Shown here: piece after piece, positions 8,901-17,406 of the stretch
How positions within the stretch are numbered: the first letter of the stretch is position 1
Layout of the letters: every line of letters begins with the position of its first letter
Position numbers and translations under genes: made by a program
Notes under the pieces: generated by a model
Databases searched by the model: none
What the model was told of the DNA's origin: nothing
The model's input: only the letters and a program-made list of their open reading frames with translations
IMG/VR virus record: IMGVR_UViG_3300046028_010391
Location: 1-59,728 of that record
Direction: 5' to 3' (one strand)
From: a virus
Lineage: Duplodnaviria > Caudoviricetes
Length of the DNA stretch: 59,728 bases

Positions 8901-10861
8901 ACGGTACCTCTGGAGTAGCCGGAAGTTCAGGCACTTCAGGTTCATCTGGAACATCAGGTTCTAGTGGAACCAGTGGAACTTCAGGAACTGCAGGTACTAG
9001 TGGTACAAACGGAACAAGTGGTACTTCAGGCAGTTCAGGTACTTCAGGTGTAGATGGGGGTTCAGGAGCATCAGGTACTTCAGGTACAAGCGGAACTTCA
9101 GGTTCAAGTGGTAGTAATGCATCAAGTGGTGCCGCAGGTAATAGCGGTCAGAGCTCTACTTCAGGTACTTCAGGTTCAAGTGGAAGTTCAGGCACTTCAG
9201 GTTTAGTAGGATCTTCAGGAAGAAGTGGTTCAAGCGGAACCGCAGGTACAAATGGTACCTCAGGTACATCAGGTGTAAGTGGTTCTTCAGGAACTTCAGG
9301 TGCTTCTGGAACAAACGGAACAAATGGAACATCAGGTGTATCTGCAACTTCAGGTACATCAGGATCTTCTGGTACAAGCGGAACATCAGGTACTTCAGGT
9401 TCATCAGGTACTTCAGGTTTAGCAGGTGCTAGTGGTATATCAAACACAAGCGGAACATCAGGCACTTCAGGTTCAAATGGAACTTCAGGAGCTGCAGCAA
9501 CTTCAGGTACAAATGGCACTTCAGGTGCTTCAGGTACAAACGGTACAACTGGAACTTCAGGTGTTTCTAGTACGGCAGGTACAAATGGTACAAGCGGTGC
9601 TTCAGGTACAAACGGAACAAATGGTACAAGCGGTGCTTCAGGAACTTCAGGTACAAGCGGAACTTCAGGAGCTTCAGGTACAAGTGGCACTTCAGGTGCA
9701 TCTGGTACTTCAGGTACAAATGGTACAAGTGGAACAAGTGGATCATCAGGCACTTCAGGTATAGCAGGTGCTGCTGGTTTTTCTGCAGCTAGTGCAACTT
9801 CTGGTACTTCTGGAACAAGTGGTTCTTCAGGTACAGCCGGTGCTTCAGGTGCTTCACAAACAAGTGGTACAGCTGGAACATCAGGTGCTTCTCAAACAAA
9901 TGGAACTAATGGTACTAGTGGTGCCTCAGGTACAAACGGAACAAATGGCACTTCAGGTGCTTCCGGAACAAATGGTACAAGTGGAGCTAGTGCAACAAGC
10001 GGTACTTCAGGTACAAGCGGAAGTTCTGGTACTTCAGGTCTAGCAGGTGCTAGTGGTATATCCCAAACAAGTGGTACTTCAGGCACAGCAGGTTCAAACG
10101 GTACATCAGGTAATTCAGGTACTTCAGGTACAGCTGGTAACTCAGGAGCAAGTAATACTTCAGGTACAAATGGTACTAGTGGTGCTAGTGCAACAAGCGG
10201 TACAGCCGGTACTTCAGGTTCATCTGGTACTTCGGGTGTAGATGGAGGTTCAGGTGCTTCTGGTACTTCAGGTACAAGCGGTACAAGCGGTACAGCAGGT
10301 ACTTCAGGTGCTTCAAATACTTCAGGAACAGCAGGTACCTCAGGTGCTTCAAATACATCTGGTACAGCTGGAACTAGTGGTAATTCAAGAACATCAGGTA
10401 CTGCAGGTACAAGTGGTAGTTCAGGTACTTCAGGTATTGCAGGTGCTGCAGGTTTATCAGCAGCAAGTGGTACCTCAGGTACAAGCGGTTCAGCAGGTAC
10501 TTCAGGTTTATCATTTAATGGTACCTCAGGTATTAGTGGTGGTACATTTAACAACCAACCAAACTATTTAGTTTATACAGTATCTGCAACTACAATACAG
10601 TCTGTAGACTTTGTTACAATTAACAACGCTTCAGATTTAATGCGTGTTAATGATGGTGTTAGTGGAGCTATTTTACAAACTAACCGTTTAGAAATTGATA
10701 CTCCAGGAGTTCAACCCCCAGCTAACCCACCAGCAGGAGGTAACATGGTAGATTTAGTATTTAGTAATCTTCCTCCAAACAACGTTTTAGGAGAACCAGA
10801 CTCATGGATTGAAATAATATATGCAGGAAACAGATATGCTGTTCCAGGTTATATATTCTAA
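5963..10861 (+). CDS. Giant Gly-X-Y (SGT/SGS) repeat protein, putative virion fibre or whisker
   Basis: 1632 aa. About 57-aa N-terminal and 105-aa C-terminal non-repetitive domains flank ~1470 aa of Gly-[S/T/A/N]-[S/T/A/N] triplets. C-terminus GEPDSWIEIIYAGNRYAVPGY resembles phage fibre ends. Has its own late promoter. Confidence 0.8.
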   Translation: MAENRYSGNNRLDNPNQGRGFFDRSLGFNKYNLPIVTQGWEGYVLTIDDEGVVSLVQGGGGGSGTTGTSGTSGTSGTSGSSGTSGITGSSGQSGTNGTSGVNGTSGTSGSTAGTSGTSSSSGTSGTSGSSGSSGSSGSSGIEGSSGTSGGTSGTSGSSASAGSSGTAGTSGSSGSSGSAGAGGNSGQSATSGTSGTSGSSGTSGLTSSSGSSGTSGSSGSSGSNGSSGIAGNSGQSATSGTSGSSGSTGTSGLAASSGSSGSSGSSGSSGSNGVSGNSGQSATSGTSGSSGSSGTSGLTGSSGSSGTSGSSGSSGSNGSSGIAGNSGQSATSGTSGSSGSSGTSGLVGSSGTSGTSGSSGSSGSNGSSGIAGNSGQSATSGTSGSSGSTGTSGLVGSSGTSGSSGSSGSSGSNGSSGVSGNSGQSATSGTSGSSGSSGTSGLVGSSGTSGSSGSSGTSGTSGSSGVNGNSGQSATSGTSGSSGSTGTSGLSGSSGSAGTSGTSGTSGSSGSSGSSGANGNSGQSATSGTSGSSGSTGTSGLSGISGSSGTNGTSGTSGSNGTNGNSGNSGQSATSGTSGSSGSSGTSGLAGNSGTSGTSGTSGVSGSAGTSGSSGTSGTNGTAGTSGTSDSSGTSGSSGTSGTAGTSGSSGTSGSSGSSGTSGLAGASGISNTSGTSGTSGSSGTSGSSGSSGTSGTSGSSGTSGSSGTSGSSGTSNSSGTSGSSGSSGSTGTNGTSGASATSGTSGTSGSSGSNGAAGNSGQSSTSGTSGSSGSTGTSGLAASSGTAGTSGTSGTNGTSGTSGTSGSSGTSGAAGTSGTNGTSGTSGSSGTNGTAGTSGTSGTSGSSGTSGIAGAAGASAVSATSGTSGTSGSSGTAGTSGSAGTSGTSGTSGTNGTSGTSGSSGSSGASGNSGQSATSGTSGSSGSTGTSGLSGNAGSSGTSGTSGTSGSSGTNGTSGAAGSSGTNGTSGTSGSSGTNGTSGVAGSSGTSGSSGTSGSSGTSGTSGTAGTSGTNGTSGTSGSSGTSGVDGGSGASGTSGTSGTSGSSGSNASSGAAGNSGQSSTSGTSGSSGSSGTSGLVGSSGRSGSSGTAGTNGTSGTSGVSGSSGTSGASGTNGTNGTSGVSATSGTSGSSGTSGTSGTSGSSGTSGLAGASGISNTSGTSGTSGSNGTSGAAATSGTNGTSGASGTNGTTGTSGVSSTAGTNGTSGASGTNGTNGTSGASGTSGTSGTSGASGTSGTSGASGTSGTNGTSGTSGSSGTSGIAGAAGFSAASATSGTSGTSGSSGTAGASGASQTSGTAGTSGASQTNGTNGTSGASGTNGTNGTSGASGTNGTSGASATSGTSGTSGSSGTSGLAGASGISQTSGTSGTAGSNGTSGNSGTSGTAGNSGASNTSGTNGTSGASATSGTAGTSGSSGTSGVDGGSGASGTSGTSGTSGTAGTSGASNTSGTAGTSGASNTSGTAGTSGNSRTSGTAGTSGSSGTSGIAGAAGLSAASGTSGTSGSAGTSGLSFNGTSGISGGTFNNQPNYLVYTVSATTIQSVDFVTINNASDLMRVNDGVSGAILQTNRLEIDTPGVQPPANPPAGGNMVDLVFSNLPPNNVLGEPDSWIEIIYAGNRYAVPGYIF
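6134..10545 (+). repeat. 9-bp coding tandem repeat (e.g. TCAGGTACT) with a 144-bp higher-order period
   Basis: Gln codons of the GNSGQSAT marker at 6521, 6665, 6800, 6944, 7088, 7232, 7376, 7529, 7673 (spacing 144 +/- 9). Confidence 0.95.
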
Positions 10862-10863
10862 AC

Positions 10864-10896
10864 TTGGATATTTAAAATATTTTTTATATATTTATT
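10864..10896 (+). promoter_or_regulatory. Composite promoter: TTGG-N19-TATATT overlapping ATATTTATT
   Basis: Both recurrent motifs lie upstream of the coiled-coil/glycosyltransferase genes. Confidence 0.6.
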
Positions 10897-10923
10897 GACA
10901 CAAACTGTTATTAAAATAAATTT

Positions 10924-11202
10924 ATGGCTATTAAAAAATTAACCAAAAAAGAGATCGACGCTCTTAAAGAAATCCAACAGAAAAACAATGCTATCGTAGC
11001 TGAATTTGGTAATCTTAGAATTGCTAAATTGCAACTTGAAGCTAGAGAAACTGAGCTTGTTAAGTTCTTCAATGATTTAAAAGAAGAAGAAAGTGAAATA
11101 GGTAAAACCCTTTCTGACAAGTACGGTGTTGGTACTATCAACATTGAAAACGGCGAATTTATTCCCGCCGAGACTGAAGGTACAGAAAAAGCTTCATTCT
11201 AA
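10924..11202 (+). CDS. Small coiled-coil protein, paralog of 15332..15580
   Basis: Heptad helix ending KYGVGTINIENGEF. Confidence 0.75.
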   Translation: MAIKKLTKKEIDALKEIQQKNNAIVAEFGNLRIAKLQLEARETELVKFFNDLKEEESEIGKTLSDKYGVGTINIENGEFIPAETEGTEKASF

Positions 11203-11220
11203 TTTTACTTAACAAAGGTT

Positions 11221-13212
11221 ATGGAGAAACTACTATATGTAGCGCCTCATTTATCAACTGGGGGATTACCTCAGTATTTAACTAAAAAAATTGAACTATT
11301 AAAAGATAGTTATGAAATTTATTTGGTTGAATGGGTTGATTGTACAGGAGGTGTATTAGTAGTTACTCGTAATAAAATTGTAAAGCTTGTCGACCCCGAC
11401 AAGTTTTTTACTTTAGGAGAAAATAAACACGAACTTATCGATATTATAAATAAAGTTCAACCCGATATTGTTCATTTAGAAGAAATTCCTGAATTCTTTA
11501 TGGACTTTGAGGTTGCTAAAAAACTTTATACAAAGGAAAGAAAGTATAAAATCGTAGAAACATCTCACGATTCATCTTACGATACAACTCAAAAGAAATT
11601 CTTTCCCGATAAGTTCATGTTTGTCTCTGAATGGCAGGTTCAACAATACAAAGACATAGATATTCCTAAAGTAGTTGTATACTACCCTATCGAATATGTT
11701 GAACGCCCTGATAGAACAGAAGCATTAAAGAAATTAGGATTAGACCCAAGTAAAAAACATATTTTACATATTGGACTATTTACCCCACGTAAAAATCAGG
11801 CTGAATTTTTTGAATATGCTAAAGCATTGTCCCAATATGAATTCCATTGTGTAGGTAATCAAGCAGATAATTTTAAACATTATTGGGAACCGTTAATGAA
11901 TAACAAACCCAATAATTTAACCTGGTGGAATGAACGTACAGATGTAGATGCTTTCTATCAGGCAATGGATTTGTTTTTATTTACGTCTCGTGGTACAAAC
12001 AATGATAAAGAAACAATGCCTTTAGTAATTAGAGAGGCAGTTTCATACCAAATACCAGTTTTAATATATAATCTTCCAGTTTACCTTAATTATTGGGATG
12101 ATTATAATGTAAATTACTTAGATTTTACAGATTTTTCTTATAATTTAAGTTTAATTGAATCTACTTTACATTATGTAAATAAACCTAAGATTGAAGAAGA
12201 AGCAGTTGTAATTTCAACATACCCAATGTTAGAATCAATTTCTAAAACTACAGAGGAATGTATCAAATCTATTCAATCATCTGGTAGAAAGGTTATATTA
12301 ACATCACACATCCCAGTTTCGGAAAAGTTACAAGAACTTGCTGATTATTATGTTTATGATAAAAATAATCTTTTAACAAAACATACTTACTATCAATACA
12401 CATGGTTTGATTTTGGTAATTGGAGAGTAGATTTATTGTTAAATGGAGAAGATAATGACATTTATCATGGACCAGCAGTTTATACAAATTATTATAATGC
12501 TGCTGCATTAGCTCAAGATTTAGGTATTAAAAAATTATACTTTTTAAATTATGATTATTATCTATCTAACCCTAAATTTTTAGATGATATATCTCAAATC
12601 CTAGACCAGAAAAAAGCATATGTTGGTTTTAAAAAAGAACAAGAAGGTAATACAGTAATTACTTACTTTTTAGCATCAACACCTAAATTCTATCTTGACC
12701 ATTTCCCATCAATATCTACTTCAGAAGAGTACGATAGTTTAATGACAAAATGGGGTAGTGAATCTAATGGTTTAGAAAATTTAACATACCATACATTTAA
12801 CCAAAACAAAGATCAGGTATATTGGGAAGATGAACCTAATTTTACTAAATTAATAGGTGAAAATTTTGAACATAAAGATTATTCAAGAGTAGAATATTTT
12901 TCAGTATTACCTGTTAAAAATCATGATAATCAATTTGCAGTATTTTTAAGTATAGCTAATTCAGTTGATAATAGAGATATTGAAATTTCTGTATACGAGG
13001 ATGATCAAATGTTATTTGATGAAACGATAAAAGTGTTAGGTAAAGTATCTTGGTTTAGACAGGTATTCTTTAATCCTGAAAAAACATATAAAATATATTA
13101 TCATGCTCACGATAGGCATAATCAAAAACTTGTTGAACGTAAACAGATTATAGTAAATAAGGATTATTACGATAATAAACTAAATAAAAACGGATTCTTA
13201 ACACTAAAATGA
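11221..13212 (+). CDS. Two-domain glycosyltransferase (N-terminal GT-B/GT4-like plus a second domain)
   Basis: PHLSTGGLPQY, GLFTPRKNQ, DLFLFTS...ETMPLVIREA. The C-terminal half has VILTSH and FLNYDY, suggesting a second GT-like domain. Confidence 0.8.
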   Translation: MEKLLYVAPHLSTGGLPQYLTKKIELLKDSYEIYLVEWVDCTGGVLVVTRNKIVKLVDPDKFFTLGENKHELIDIINKVQPDIVHLEEIPEFFMDFEVAKKLYTKERKYKIVETSHDSSYDTTQKKFFPDKFMFVSEWQVQQYKDIDIPKVVVYYPIEYVERPDRTEALKKLGLDPSKKHILHIGLFTPRKNQAEFFEYAKALSQYEFHCVGNQADNFKHYWEPLMNNKPNNLTWWNERTDVDAFYQAMDLFLFTSRGTNNDKETMPLVIREAVSYQIPVLIYNLPVYLNYWDDYNVNYLDFTDFSYNLSLIESTLHYVNKPKIEEEAVVISTYPMLESISKTTEECIKSIQSSGRKVILTSHIPVSEKLQELADYYVYDKNNLLTKHTYYQYTWFDFGNWRVDLLLNGEDNDIYHGPAVYTNYYNAAALAQDLGIKKLYFLNYDYYLSNPKFLDDISQILDQKKAYVGFKKEQEGNTVITYFLASTPKFYLDHFPSISTSEEYDSLMTKWGSESNGLENLTYHTFNQNKDQVYWEDEPNFTKLIGENFEHKDYSRVEYFSVLPVKNHDNQFAVFLSIANSVDNRDIEISVYEDDQMLFDETIKVLGKVSWFRQVFFNPEKTYKIYYHAHDRHNQKLVERKQIIVNKDYYDNKLNKNGFLTLK

Positions 13213-14156
13213 AAATTTGCCAAGTAAACCCAGGTTGCGGAATTCCAATCCCACCTCCAGCATGGGGTGCGGTTGAAAAAATTGTATGGGAATTTACTTG
13301 TAATCTTAAACAATTAGGTCACGAGGTAGATATTAAATGGGCTAGTGAAGTACAATCAGGTGAATATGATTTAGTAATGGTACACGTTGCTAATCTAGCA
13401 TTAGAATTAGCAGATCGAGGAATACCTTATGTATTTCAACACCATGATCATCATGCTTATCATTATGGTAAAAACTCAGATGTTTACAAACAAAACAGAC
13501 AAGCAATGGAGCGTTCGGTATTTTCATTGGTACCGGCTCGTTATCTTGTAGAATATTTTAATTTACCAAATGTACATTATTTTTCACATGGTGTAAATAC
13601 AGATACATTTTATCCTAACGAAACACCTCCATTAGCACATAATTTATTAATGTTAGCAAATAATGGTTTAGGTGGATACGGTTCATATGATAGAAAAGGA
13701 TTTGAATTAGGTGTTAAAATAGCAATGGCCCGTAATTTACCTATTACAATTGTTGGTCCTAAAAATAATGAAAATTGGTTTGAAGAAAATTCATGGGTAT
13801 ATGGTTATCCAAAATTGTCAATTATATATGAACCTTCGAATGAAACTCTAAGACAAATTTATACCTCATATACTATATTTTTACATCCCTCAGAATTAGA
13901 AGCTGGGCACCCTAATTTAACTTTGTTAGAAGCTGCCGCTTGTGGTTTACCTATTTTGGGTTGGATAGAAACAGATACTACATTCCACGGGTTATGGAGA
14001 GCACCAAGAGATTTTAATGAAATGTTGCGTGGGTTAGATACAATAATTAATGAATATGGTCATTACCGTCAACGAGCATTACAGACAGCAAATGAATTAT
14101 CTTGGTTAAATCGTTCTAAAGAATTAATAATATTACATGAAAGATATTTTAATTAA
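13209..14156 (+). CDS. Glycosyltransferase family 4
   Basis: IPPPAWGAVEK N-terminus, HGVNTDTF, DRKG, FLHPSELEAGHPNLTLLEAAACGLP. Confidence 0.9.
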   Translation: MKICQVNPGCGIPIPPPAWGAVEKIVWEFTCNLKQLGHEVDIKWASEVQSGEYDLVMVHVANLALELADRGIPYVFQHHDHHAYHYGKNSDVYKQNRQAMERSVFSLVPARYLVEYFNLPNVHYFSHGVNTDTFYPNETPPLAHNLLMLANNGLGGYGSYDRKGFELGVKIAMARNLPITIVGPKNNENWFEENSWVYGYPKLSIIYEPSNETLRQIYTSYTIFLHPSELEAGHPNLTLLEAAACGLPILGWIETDTTFHGLWRAPRDFNEMLRGLDTIINEYGHYRQRALQTANELSWLNRSKELIILHERYFN

Positions 14157-15330
14157 AGAATATTCAAATACAAAAATATTAAATATTGAAAGTAAAAAAC
14201 CACAAAATACTTTTAATGTTAATTTTGTTAATGGTGCCTTTTTAGAAGTTTTAGGTCCTTTAGAAGGAGAATATAATGTAAAATTTATTAATCGTAAAAC
14301 AAATCGTGTAATGCACGAAAGTACGATTAATAATAATATGTGGACCCGTACTAACATTAAATACTGCGTTAATTGGCGTGTAGAAGTTTATAGTAACGGC
14401 GATTTAGTATTTGAACATAATTGGGATCCAAAAGGAAAACGCGTTTATATACACATTGATTCTGGTGCGATGGGTGATACTTTAGCATGGTTCCCTTACA
14501 TTGAAGAATTCAGAAAAACATTTATGTGTGAGGTAATTTGCTCAACATTCCACAATGAATGGTTCGAAGGAAATTATCCTAATATTGAATTTGTAAAACC
14601 TGGATTTCAAGTAGATAACATTTATGCGATGTATAGTATTGGATGGTTTTACGATGGTAAAAAAGTTGTGTTTGATAAAATTCCAATTGATTTTAAAAAA
14701 TATCCTTTACAACAAACAGCAAGCGAAATTTTAGGGTTAAAATATTCTGAAGTTAAACCTATTATAAATTCACCAAAATCTAAAACAGATATTGAAGGTG
14801 ATTATGTTGTAATAGCCCCACATGCTTCGGCTCACGCTAAGTATTGGAATCACAAAGGTGGTTGGCAAACAGTAATCGATTATTTGAATGATAAAGGTTA
14901 TAAAGTTGTAATGATTACACAAGAACCTTTAGGTGATGAATGGCATGATTCTAAATTAGGAGGTACTTTAACTGGAGTAATTAATAAAACCGGAGATTTA
15001 CCATTACAAGATAGAATGATCGATATCCGTGATGCAAAAGCATTTATAGGAGTAGGTAGTGGATTAAGTTGGTTATCTTGGTCTTTAAACACACCAACAA
15101 TTATGATTTCAGGATTTAGTTACCCATACACTGAATTTCAAGAATGCGAACGTGTTTACCCTGAAGATCCTAAAACATGTAAAGGATGTTTTAACCGCAA
15201 ATGGTTAGATCCAGGAGATTGGGAATGGTGCCCAGATTATAAAGATACTCCGCGACATTTTGAATGCACAAAAACAATAGAATCCTCTCAAGTAATTAAT
15301 TCTCTTAATAGAATACTTAATATTTATTAA
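14137..15330 (+). CDS. TibC/Aah-like (autotransporter O-heptosyltransferase family) protein glycosyltransferase
   Basis: N-terminal beta domain, SGAMGDTLAWFPY, FIGVGSGLSWLSW, ISGFSYPYTEF, and four Cys (CKGCFN...WCP...FECTK) matching the iron-finger of this family. Confidence 0.8.
   Translation: MKDILIKEYSNTKILNIESKKPQNTFNVNFVNGAFLEVLGPLEGEYNVKFINRKTNRVMHESTINNNMWTRTNIKYCVNWRVEVYSNGDLVFEHNWDPKGKRVYIHIDSGAMGDTLAWFPYIEEFRKTFMCEVICSTFHNEWFEGNYPNIEFVKPGFQVDNIYAMYSIGWFYDGKKVVFDKIPIDFKKYPLQQTASEILGLKYSEVKPIINSPKSKTDIEGDYVVIAPHASAHAKYWNHKGGWQTVIDYLNDKGYKVVMITQEPLGDEWHDSKLGGTLTGVINKTGDLPLQDRMIDIRDAKAFIGVGSGLSWLSWSLNTPTIMISGFSYPYTEFQECERVYPEDPKTCKGCFNRKWLDPGDWEWCPDYKDTPRHFECTKTIESSQVINSLNRILNIY
15320..15328 (+). 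promoter_or_regulatory. Putative late promoter variant ATATTTATT
   Basis: Overlaps the end of the GT gene, only 3 nt before the next ATG. Confidence 0.4.
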
Positions 15331-15331
15331 T

Positions 15332-15580
15332 ATGGAAAATAAAGTTCTAGCACCAGAAGAGTTATCTAAGTTACAAGAATTAAATAATAAACGAGGAGAT
15401 TTGATCGAAAAGTTTGGAGTGATTGAAATTAATATACAAGATCTTGAACTTCAAAAAGAACAACTAATCGAAGAGTTATCACAAATTAAAAAGGCCGAAT
15501 TAGAAATTGGTGCTTTGTTACAACAAAAATATGGTGATGCGAACATAAATTTATCCACGGGAGAAATAGTCCCAAGGTAA
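15332..15580 (+). CDS. Small coiled-coil protein, paralog of 10924..11202
   Basis: Aligns end to end with the paralog, ending KYGDANINLSTGEI. Confidence 0.75.
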   Translation: MENKVLAPEELSKLQELNNKRGDLIEKFGVIEINIQDLELQKEQLIEELSQIKKAELEIGALLQQKYGDANINLSTGEIVPR

Positions 15581-15599
15581 TATTTTGAAAAGACTTAAC

Positions 15600-15608
15600 A
15601 TATTTATA
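15600..15608 (+). promoter_or_regulatory. Putative late promoter ATATTTATA
   Basis: Upstream of the tail sheath gene. Confidence 0.7.
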
Positions 15609-15633
15609 ACAAAACATTAATTAACATCTAACA

Positions 15634-17367
15634 ATGGCAGAAACATTAATATCTCCTGGTGTCTTAGCGCTTGAAAACGACCAGTCATTTATTACCCAGC
15701 AGCCAGTTACTGTAGGGGCCTCACTTATTGGTCCAACAGTTAAAGGCCCGGTTGAAGTTCCTACAATCGTTACTTCATACAGCGATTATCAAAATAAATT
15801 TGGTACTACTTTCTTAAGTGCTAGCCAAGTTTATACTTATTTTACCTCTATTGCAGCTTACAATTACTTTGCAAATGGTGGTCAAACATTATTGGTATCA
15901 AGAGTAGTAACAGGTTCATTCACAAGCGCAACAACAGCTACAGGTTCAGGTACTCCTATTTATGCAAGTGCATCTGTAGAAGCTTTAGTATTTAAAACTA
16001 TTTCACAAGGTGCTATCATGAACAATACGGGTAGCATGGACGTAAGTGGTTCATTAATTTCTGGCTCTATTGATAATATTAGATGGCAAATTACAAATTC
16101 TGATACAGCATCAGGTACATTTAGTTTATTAGTTAGACAGGGTAATGATAACGCTAATACTCCTATTGTATTAGAAAGTTGGACTAATTTATCAATGGAC
16201 CCAACAGCTCCTAATTACGTATCTAAAGTAATTGGTGACCAATATAAACAATATAACTCAGTAGATAACCAAGTAGAAGTAGTTGGTACTTATTCTAATG
16301 CTTCAAGATACGTTTACGTTTCTTCAGTATTAACTCCAACCCCATTCTATTTTGATAATACTGGTATAGCAAAAGCGCAATACACATCTTCAATCCCTGT
16401 AAATGCTTCCGGATCATTCGGTGCTGCTACTGGTGCTTTATTCGTTGGTGGAGGTGCTAAATACTATAACAGCATTGTTTCAGGTGTAAATAACATTCAA
16501 GGTTTGAACACAGCAAGTTACACTAACATGATTAACTTGATGGCAAATGCTGATGATTACAGATACAACGTATTATTAACTCCTGGTTTATTTGCTTCAG
16601 AAGGTCCTTTAGGTGCTTCAGGTGTAAATACAATTATCTCTAATACTCAAAATAGAGGTGATGCAATTTACGTAAATGATTTAGTACCTTATAGCTCAAG
16701 TATTTCAGCTACAACATCTGCTGCAAACGCTAAAAATAGTTCATATGCTGCTGCTTACTGGCCTTGGGTTCAAACAATCGATCCAGATTCAGCTCAATTA
16801 GTATGGGTACCAGCTTCAACTATGATTGGTGGTGTTTATGCATATAACGATTCAGTAAGTGAGCCATGGTTCGCACCTGCTGGTATTAACAGAGGTGGAT
16901 TAGGTAGCGTAGTAAGAGCTGAAAAGAAATTATCTCAAGCTAACCGCGATACTTTATACTTAAACAAAGTTAACCCAATCGCTACATTCCCTGGTATTGG
17001 TACTGTAGTATACGGTCAGAAAACACTTCAAACAACTGCATCAGCACTTGATCGTGTTAACGTTCGTAGATTATTAATTGCTCTTAAGTCTTACATTTCT
17101 CAAGTAGCTCAAAACTTAGTATTCGAACAAAATACTATCTCTACAAGAAATAGCTTCTTAAGTCAAGTTAACCCATACTTAGAATCAGTACAACAACGTC
17201 AAGGTTTGTACGCGTTTAAAGTAGTAATGGACAGTTCAAACAACACTCCAGACGTAATTGATAGAAACCAGTTAGTAGGTCAGATTTATCTACAACCAAC
17301 TAAGACTGCTGAATTCATTTACTTGGATTTCAACATCTTACCTACTGGAGCAACTTTCCCAGCGTAA
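15634..17367 (+). CDS. Contractile tail sheath protein (gp18-like)
   Basis: SPGV N-terminus, PWFAPAGINRG, GQKTLQ...LDRVNVRRLL, FEQN, PTKTAEFI. Confidence 0.95.
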   Translation: MAETLISPGVLALENDQSFITQQPVTVGASLIGPTVKGPVEVPTIVTSYSDYQNKFGTTFLSASQVYTYFTSIAAYNYFANGGQTLLVSRVVTGSFTSATTATGSGTPIYASASVEALVFKTISQGAIMNNTGSMDVSGSLISGSIDNIRWQITNSDTASGTFSLLVRQGNDNANTPIVLESWTNLSMDPTAPNYVSKVIGDQYKQYNSVDNQVEVVGTYSNASRYVYVSSVLTPTPFYFDNTGIAKAQYTSSIPVNASGSFGAATGALFVGGGAKYYNSIVSGVNNIQGLNTASYTNMINLMANADDYRYNVLLTPGLFASEGPLGASGVNTIISNTQNRGDAIYVNDLVPYSSSISATTSAANAKNSSYAAAYWPWVQTIDPDSAQLVWVPASTMIGGVYAYNDSVSEPWFAPAGINRGGLGSVVRAEKKLSQANRDTLYLNKVNPIATFPGIGTVVYGQKTLQTTASALDRVNVRRLLIALKSYISQVAQNLVFEQNTISTRNSFLSQVNPYLESVQQRQGLYAFKVVMDSSNNTPDVIDRNQLVGQIYLQPTKTAEFIYLDFNILPTGATFPA

Positions 17368-17382
17368 TTTTTTAAAAGTTGA

Positions 17383-17391
17383 ATATTTATA
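17383..17391 (+). promoter_or_regulatory. Putative late promoter ATATTTATA
   Basis: Upstream of the tail tube gene. Confidence 0.7.
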
Positions 17392-17406
17392 ACAAAATAA
17401 AATAAA

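Noticed and set aside
6134-10545. Possible CRISPR array or non-coding satellite
   Set aside because: No constant repeat with unique spacers. Variation is synonymous within one ORF.
6130-10571. Many alternative-frame and antisense ORFs (PEVP-, LKYL- and QVLQV-rich)
   Set aside because: Shadows of the 9-bp coding repeat, which has few stops in other frames. No start context or promoters.
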